Below, piece after piece: positions 63,345-64,000 of a stretch of 64,000 bases of DNA. Every line of letters begins with the position of its first letter. Within the stretch, counting starts at the first letter, position 1. Below the pieces are notes generated by a model, which saw nothing but the letters and a program-made list of their open reading frames with translations, did not search any database and was not told where the DNA came from. Both the position numbers and the translations under genes were made by a program. The DNA comes from Diadema antillarum (taxonomy: Eukaryota), in the NCBI RefSeq assembly GCF_040938485.1, contig NW_027271282.1:496001-560000 (forward strand). Reading direction: 5' to 3'.

Positions 63345-63471
63345 AAATAACCAACTAGAAATCGTATAAAGGGATACAAAGGATATGCAAACATGGCACA
63401 GAGAGAGTTGACTTACCAGGAACAATGAGAACAATTCCGACACAGAACACAGCCAGGGCAAAACAATACAT
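9798..63471 (-). CDS. Whole gene: large secreted Sushi/HYR/GCC2_GCC3 protein (SVEP1/hyalin-related), ~33 exons, ~1,880 aa
   Basis: Every exon listed below has AG and GT (or GC) boundaries, and the phases chain without a break from a signal-peptide exon to a stop. Architecture SP-H-S2-H-S4-H-S3-H-S3-H-S2-H2-S-linker-GCC2. No VWA, EGF, pentraxin or TM exon was seen, so it is not called SVEP1. Confidence 0.85.
10498..11138. mobile_element. Tc1/mariner-like foldback MITE
   Basis: TA-CCGGGTGTCCC...GGGACACCCGG-TA; the two halves are long imperfect inverted repeats around a central (CA)n. Confidence 0.9.
11755..11916 (-). CDS. Exon: GCC2_GCC3 repeat 2
   Basis: [54 protein letters not shown]; 162 nt, phase 1-1, GTAAGT donor. 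Confidence 0.93.
12230..12690. repeat. Dispersed ~430-bp repeat; further copies at ~15615-16055 and ~32510-32930
   Basis: Shared TAGCTC..GTACAAATGACCTT...GCTGTCAGGTGGA.GTGCT...CATGCCTGTT blocks. Confidence 0.8.
12864..13025 (-). CDS. Exon: GCC2_GCC3 repeat 1 (not in ORF track)
   Basis: [53 protein letters not shown]; 162 nt, phase 1-1. Confidence 0.93.
13453..13699 (-). CDS. Exon: SVEP1-type linker, part 2
   Basis: VVGVNPNN...[21 protein letters not shown]; phase 0 in, phase 1 out; acceptor is weak. Confidence 0.82.
14337..14608 (-). CDS. Exon: SVEP1-type linker, part 1
   Basis: [20 protein letters not shown]...[30 protein letters not shown]...TVSI; phase 1 in, phase 0 out; GTGAGT donor. 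Confidence 0.85.
15494..16093. mobile_element. hAT-like MITE with a nested dispersed repeat
   Basis: TIRs CAGTGGCGGATCCAGA / TCTGGATCCGCCCCTG; no clear TSD. Confidence 0.65.
16830..17150 (+). mobile_element. Degenerate L2/CR1-type LINE 3' end
   Basis: ...RAGPYL(W)..LP......[16 protein letters not shown]-terminal motif with frameshifts. Confidence 0.65.
17158..17446. mobile_element. Palindromic (foldback) MITE built of GAGTGAA/TTCACTC motifs
   Basis: TA-CTCTCTAAAAAAAATCGAGTG...CACTCGATTTTTTTTAGAGAG-TA; arms of ~125 bp pair almost perfectly. Confidence 0.9.
17880..18077 (-). CDS. Exon: Sushi 15
   Basis: [34 protein letters not shown]...[19 protein letters not shown]; 198 nt, phase 1-1. Confidence 0.92.
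18762..19007 (-). CDS. Exon: HYR 7
   Basis: [17 protein letters not shown]...VFWEKPTY...[30 protein letters not shown]; 246 nt, phase 1-1. Confidence 0.9.
19641..19964. mobile_element. hAT-like MITE
   Basis: TIRs CAGGGCTCCACACTAAC / GTTAGTGTCGAGCCCTG; 8-bp GGATAACG flanks both ends (sharing one G); internal TGGTGGCCCG repeats. Confidence 0.85.
20258..20509 (-). CDS. Exon: HYR 6
   Basis: [15 protein letters not shown]...[11 protein letters not shown]...[20 protein letters not shown]; 252 nt, phase 1-1. Confidence 0.93.
21308..21517 (-). CDS. Exon: Sushi 14
   Basis: ELGCNALS...[41 protein letters not shown]; 210 nt, phase 1-1. Confidence 0.92.
22009..22197 (-). CDS. Exon: Sushi 13
   Basis: [30 protein letters not shown]...SCEYDG...W..VDKPVCE; 189 nt, phase 1-1. 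Confidence 0.93.
22620..22859 (-). CDS. Exon: HYR 5
   Basis: [12 protein letters not shown]...[12 protein letters not shown]...[26 protein letters not shown]; 240 nt, phase 1-1. Confidence 0.93.
23614..23814 (-). CDS. Exon: Sushi 12
   Basis: EACPPLTE...DTCNLNC...[20 protein letters not shown]; 201 nt, phase 1-1. Confidence 0.92.
24720..25005 (-). mobile_element. tRNA-derived SINE / tRNA pseudogene, copy 1
   Basis: GACGTGTCGCCGAGTGGTTAAAGGCGACGTCTCAGAGACGTGAGGTTGCGGGTTCGAACCCC: A and B boxes and an anticodon-like hairpin, but the acceptor stem does not pair. Confidence 0.65.
25640..25920 (-). mobile_element. tRNA-derived SINE / tRNA pseudogene, copy 2
   Basis: Homologous to 24720-25005, including the downstream body. 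Confidence 0.6.
25960..27228 (+). mobile_element. Non-autonomous Helentron/Helitron-like element (5' boundary approximate)
   Basis: 3' end AAGAAAGAAGAATAAA...AGGTGATACGCT-GAT-AGCGTATCACCT-AAT, a perfect terminal hairpin; part of the body recurs at ~24560-24700. Confidence 0.55.
27500..27685 (-). CDS. Exon: Sushi 11
   Basis: RMCPQL...[37 protein letters not shown]; 186 nt, phase 1-1. Confidence 0.95.
28068..28605. mobile_element. hAT-like MITE
   Basis: TIRs CAGGGCCGGCGCAGC / GCTGCGCCGGCCATG; AAGTGTGGGGGCCC subterminal repeats. Confidence 0.7.
28708..28896 (-). CDS. Exon: Sushi 10
   Basis: [38 protein letters not shown]...CDL...WDSALPMCR; 189 nt, phase 1-1. Confidence 0.95.
29515..29610. repeat. 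(GAAAT/GAAAC)n pentanucleotide microsatellite
   Basis: Seen directly in the sequence. Confidence 0.9.
29685..29806 (-). CDS. Exon: HYR 4, second half (not in ORF track)
   Basis: [40 protein letters not shown]; phase 2 in, phase 1 out. Confidence 0.9.
30436..30571 (-). CDS. Exon: HYR 4, first half (not in ORF track)
   Basis: [46 protein letters not shown]; phase 1 in, phase 2 out. Confidence 0.9.
31458..31655 (-). CDS. Exon: Sushi 9 (not in ORF track)
   Basis: [13 protein letters not shown]...ECM...[38 protein letters not shown]; 198 nt, phase 1-1. Confidence 0.93.
33072..33257 (-). CDS. Exon: Sushi 8
   Basis: [11 protein letters not shown]...[13 protein letters not shown]...[16 protein letters not shown]; 186 nt, phase 1-1. 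Confidence 0.94.
33693..33829. other. Assembly gap (other gaps: 50342-50480, 57146-57276)
   Basis: Runs of N. Confidence 1.
34210..34419 (-). CDS. Exon: Sushi 7
   Basis: TRCPPWQAP...GSC...[13 protein letters not shown]...SCNRS...[11 protein letters not shown]; 210 nt, phase 1-1. Confidence 0.93.
34759..34927 (-). CDS. Exon: HYR 3, second half
   Basis: ATDLG...[29 protein letters not shown]; phase 0 in, phase 1 out. Confidence 0.9.
35888..35991 (-). CDS. Exon: HYR 3, first half
   Basis: [35 protein letters not shown]; phase 1 in, phase 0 out. Confidence 0.88.
37126..37332 (-). CDS. Exon: Sushi 6
   Basis: [19 protein letters not shown]...[13 protein letters not shown]...C...[11 protein letters not shown]; 207 nt, phase 1-1. 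Confidence 0.93.
38096..38290 (-). CDS. Exon: Sushi 5 (frame not in ORF track)
   Basis: VQCTKL...PEC...[37 protein letters not shown]; 195 nt, phase 1-1. Confidence 0.93.
38952..39143 (-). CDS. Exon: Sushi 4
   Basis: LQCPSV...[28 protein letters not shown]...WAQGIPSCA; 192 nt, phase 1-1. Confidence 0.94.
40330..40524 (-). CDS. Exon: Sushi 3 (duplicate of Sushi 1)
   Basis: [64 protein letters not shown]; 195 nt, phase 1-1. Confidence 0.94.
42670..42835. repeat. (ATA/ATG)n trinucleotide microsatellite; similar tract at 60483-60715
   Basis: Seen directly; explains the poly-Ile/poly-His spurious ORFs. Confidence 0.9.
42959..43077 (-). CDS. Exon: HYR 2, second half
   Basis: [39 protein letters not shown]; phase 2 in, phase 1 out. 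Confidence 0.93.
43272..45358. mobile_element. ~2.1 kb long-TIR foldback DNA element
   Basis: TAGTAGAC...GTCTACTA termini. Several hundred bp of inverted repeat: the same [12 protein letters not shown] peptide appears on opposite strands in the ORF track. Internal CCATGGCAAC-rich subrepeats and a (TA)n tract. Confidence 0.8.
45780..45909 (-). CDS. Exon: HYR 2, first half (GC donor; not in ORF track)
   Basis: [44 protein letters not shown]; ends AG|GCAAGT; phase 2 matches the next exon. Confidence 0.9.
46875..47271. mobile_element. Kolobok-like (TTAA target, AGGGAT...ATCCCT) non-autonomous element; second copy at 59661-60039
   Basis: Copy 2 is TTAA-AGGGATAGTA...TACGATCCCT-TTAA; the two copies align along their length. 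Confidence 0.7.
47354..47539 (-). CDS. Exon: Sushi 2
   Basis: [36 protein letters not shown]...[17 protein letters not shown]; 186 nt, phase 1-1. Confidence 0.95.
48421..48495. repeat. Compound (GAA)n(CAA)n(CAG) microsatellite
   Basis: Seen directly; absent from the paralogous intron near 40100. Confidence 0.95.
48752..48946 (-). CDS. Exon: Sushi 1
   Basis: [64 protein letters not shown]; 195 nt, phase 1-1. Confidence 0.94.
49320..50010. mobile_element. Complete ~690-bp TIR MITE
   Basis: 35-bp TIRs TGTGACCGTGCACCTCAAAACAAACATAAAGTCGC / GCGACTTTTTGTTTGTTTTGAGGTGCAGAGTCACA; absent from the paralogous intron. Confidence 0.88.
51065..52492 (+). CDS. RTE ORF, APE endonuclease half (true start codon uncertain)
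   Basis: ORF track 475 aa with APE motifs. Confidence 0.9.
   Translation: MPHLHPVSIPQLTGHLPRGRNTRETRKTNSKSSRRKSTLCVGAWNIRTLMDNQNCDRPERRTALVGRELLRYSIDIAALSETRLADTGEITEAGAGYTFFWSGKALNERREAGVGFAIRTTLVKNLGSLPRGISDRLMVMRIPLHGKTHLSLISVYAPTMTYTLEEKELFYQNLSKVLRSVPKDDKLLILGDFNARVGRDAQSWPDVIGPHGTGHENTNGQLLLTLCAEHGLTITNTLFQLPDIHKTTWMHPRSKHWHLIDYVITRRRDIQDIRITRAMRGADCWTDHLLLRCKLSFSIVSRHRRQKSDVKKKMDVQKLNEPNTREALIANLANQLEHLPAEEDYEKAWANFRDVVYDSASLTLGYMTRKHQDWLDNNNKEITTLLQEKKEAFTAWLNDKDSQAKRDRLKNIRGKVQTELRQMKDKWWENKAAELQQYADEHNSKKFFASLKDVYGSTPNAMAPVRSANGMVPAY
52422..54350 (+). CDS. RTE ORF, reverse transcriptase and zinc-finger half (true frame from ~52480)
   Basis: ORF track 642 aa with RT motifs. Confidence 0.9.
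   Translation: MCMAPRQMQWHLCALPMEWYLLIEKSNIIQRWSEHFNQLLNRPSQIDQQAIQDMPQRPVLAFLDDPPMLAETLKAIKQLHAGKAPGPDGIPLEIFREGGAAIAIKLTELIQQFWEEGSVPQDFKDANIVHLYKNKGDRASCDNHRGISLLSIAGKIMARVVLNRISHHLLDDVVSESQCGFRSNRGTIDMIFALRQLQEKCREQNQNLYILFVDLTKAFDTVSREGLWAILTKLGCPPKFVRIIQSFHDGMMARIVANGDISDPFPVSNGVKQGCVMAPTLFSLMFATMLFCALSKCDAGVSIRYRCDGRFFDLRRLKAKTKVLKALVRDFLFADDCALAALNEPDLSELATCFAEAAKAFGLTISLQKTEVMLQPAPGLSPPEPQIEIEGTKLNNVESFTYLGSCLSSKCSMDKEVSKRLAKAGTSFGRLWTRVWGERGIRLSTKLAVYKAVVVTSLLYGCETWTLYRRQNRALDQFHLRCLRRIMGISWQDRVSNTEVLRRAKMSGIEALIMKAQLRWVGHVVRMDDTRLPKMIFFSELASGARSIGRPLKRYKDSLKTSLVACGISARDWQSLASDRTVWRPAVQRGARLFEEKRLRSLDQKRKARKERITDPTSAVACPTCGRVCASAFGLRSHLRRH
55648..55858. mobile_element. MITE with an internal degenerate (CCCTAA)n tract
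   Basis: TIR-like AGGGCAATTACCCCCG / CGGGGGTAATTGCCCT; internal CCCTAACCCTAATCCTAA...; absent from the paralogous intron. Confidence 0.75.
56594..56712 (-). CDS. Exon: HYR 1, second half
   Basis: [39 protein letters not shown]; phase 2 in, phase 1 out. Confidence 0.92.
56915..57811. mobile_element. Cluster of three small hairpin elements in (TA)n (56915-57046, 57318-57416, 57650-57811)
   Basis: Inverted arms of ~26 bp (perfect), ~38 bp (imperfect) and ~47 bp (30 bp perfect core). Confidence 0.75.
57838..58040. mobile_element. MITE with TTCGTTATTCCGAAGGTT / AACCTTCGGAATAACGAA termini; relatives at ~19050-19320 and ~45660-45765
   Basis: Inverted termini and shared TTCGGATTAACGAA motifs. Confidence 0.6.
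58061..58190 (-). CDS. Exon: HYR 1, first half (GC donor; not in ORF track)
   Basis: [44 protein letters not shown]; ends AG|GCAAGT. Confidence 0.88.
59092..59118 (-). CDS. Candidate 27-nt microexon (GC donor)
   Basis: TTGTTTCTCCCCGTTCAG|GTGATGCCTGCAATCATGGACAGAAAG|GCAAGT; phase 1-1; encodes (G/R)DACNHGQK. Confidence 0.55.
59267..59281 (-). CDS. Candidate 15-nt microexon
   Basis: GTGTTTCTTTTTTGCTTAG|AGTTCATATTCTCAC|GTGAGT; phase 1-1; encodes EFIFS. Confidence 0.5.
60070..61690 (-). mobile_element. Helentron-like element related to 2222-6657
   Basis: Minus strand starts TTTTTATGCCGCCG..GAAGTGTCGCCGCAGGCATTATGTTTTCGGG and ends GGCGGAGGCATTCCAGTCGCCATAGC...CTAGTT. Confidence 0.75.
62950..63215. 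repeat. Small foldback with inverted 16-bp subrepeats (GGGCTGTATAACTCAT) in intron 1
   Basis: CGACACCCAC / GTGGGTGTCG ends; CCATGAATCATACAGCCC is the inverse of the tandem units at 63131-63200. Confidence 0.6.
63417..63471 (-). CDS. First coding exon: signal peptide (not in ORF track)
   Basis: ataATG; [18 protein letters not shown]; CTG|GTAAGT phase-1 donor; in-frame TAA upstream. Confidence 0.85.
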
Positions 63472-64000
63472 TATCAGCTCTTCGAAAAACAGCAGGCAGC
63501 AACAACGAAAACGATGTTATTCTGCTCCTTCTCACACGTAGTTTGTCGACATCCACAACATAAGCAGCATAAGGGATACTGATCTTTGTAGCATGGTTTT
63601 TGTCAGATTTACTGTGAGGTGCTTGTTCGTGGGGAAGTACACCGTTCTCTTAGTCTGATTTCCAGACCCTTTGCAAACTGGACTCCGCGGCGACAACTCA
63701 ATCTAAACCTACTCCAGTTTTCGACGTTGAGGGCGTCAATATCATGTACAGTAAAGTAACACGAGCAGAGGTTCTGGAAGCCAGACTACCGTTCTCTGTG
63801 TATGGTGCACGTAATTCGCGTAGGATTGTATCATTAGATATTTTGTGCAGTCGATGTGATCGATCGCTTCACAAGTTAGCGCTATCGAATATCAAACAAA
63901 ATAAAAATATTTCAACGAGGTAACTTATGATTTGGCCAATGTCAACCGTCATCTCCATGGAGGAAAATGGCTTTCCTCGCATTAAAGGACAAGTTCACCT

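Noticed and set aside
9798-63471. Assigning the symbol SVEP1 or hyalin
   Set aside because: Lacks the VWA, EGF, pentraxin and terminal Sushi array of SVEP1 and the pure HYR array of hyalin; orthology cannot be shown without a search
63931-63940. TTGGCCAAT as a promoter CCAAT/NF1 box
   Set aside because: A single short motif with unknown TSS; cannot be supported from sequence alone

Overview
AT-rich, intron-rich animal DNA, most likely an echinoderm or other invertebrate deuterostome (inferred from the HYR/Sushi content and repeat types). It has three short N gaps. The window holds two convergent genes. (1) On the + strand are the last two coding exons of an angiotensin-converting-enzyme-like (peptidase M2) gene, 1486-1652 and 6763-6836, whose terminal exon reads as a GPI-anchor signal rather than a transmembrane tail. 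(2) On the - strand is an apparently complete ~54 kb gene (ATG at 63471, stop at 9798-9800). I assembled ~33 exons by hand, all splice-phase compatible, giving a secreted protein of about 1,880 aa: signal peptide, 7 HYR, 15 Sushi/CCP, an SVEP1-type linker and 2 GCC2_GCC3 (ephrin-receptor-like) repeats. A third GCC repeat survives only as a stop- and frameshift-ridden fossil in the terminal exon. The gene's N-terminal HYR+Sushi module is an intragenic duplication (~39.6-46.6 kb vs ~47.6-58.9 kb). It also has GC-AG introns and two candidate microexons. Introns carry a near-intact full-length RTE LINE (one frameshift), a three-level nest of Helentron/Harbinger/pogo-like elements, many MITEs and foldbacks, tRNA-derived SINEs and microsatellites. 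All exon calls come from manual translation and splice-site reading; none has been checked against expression data or databases.
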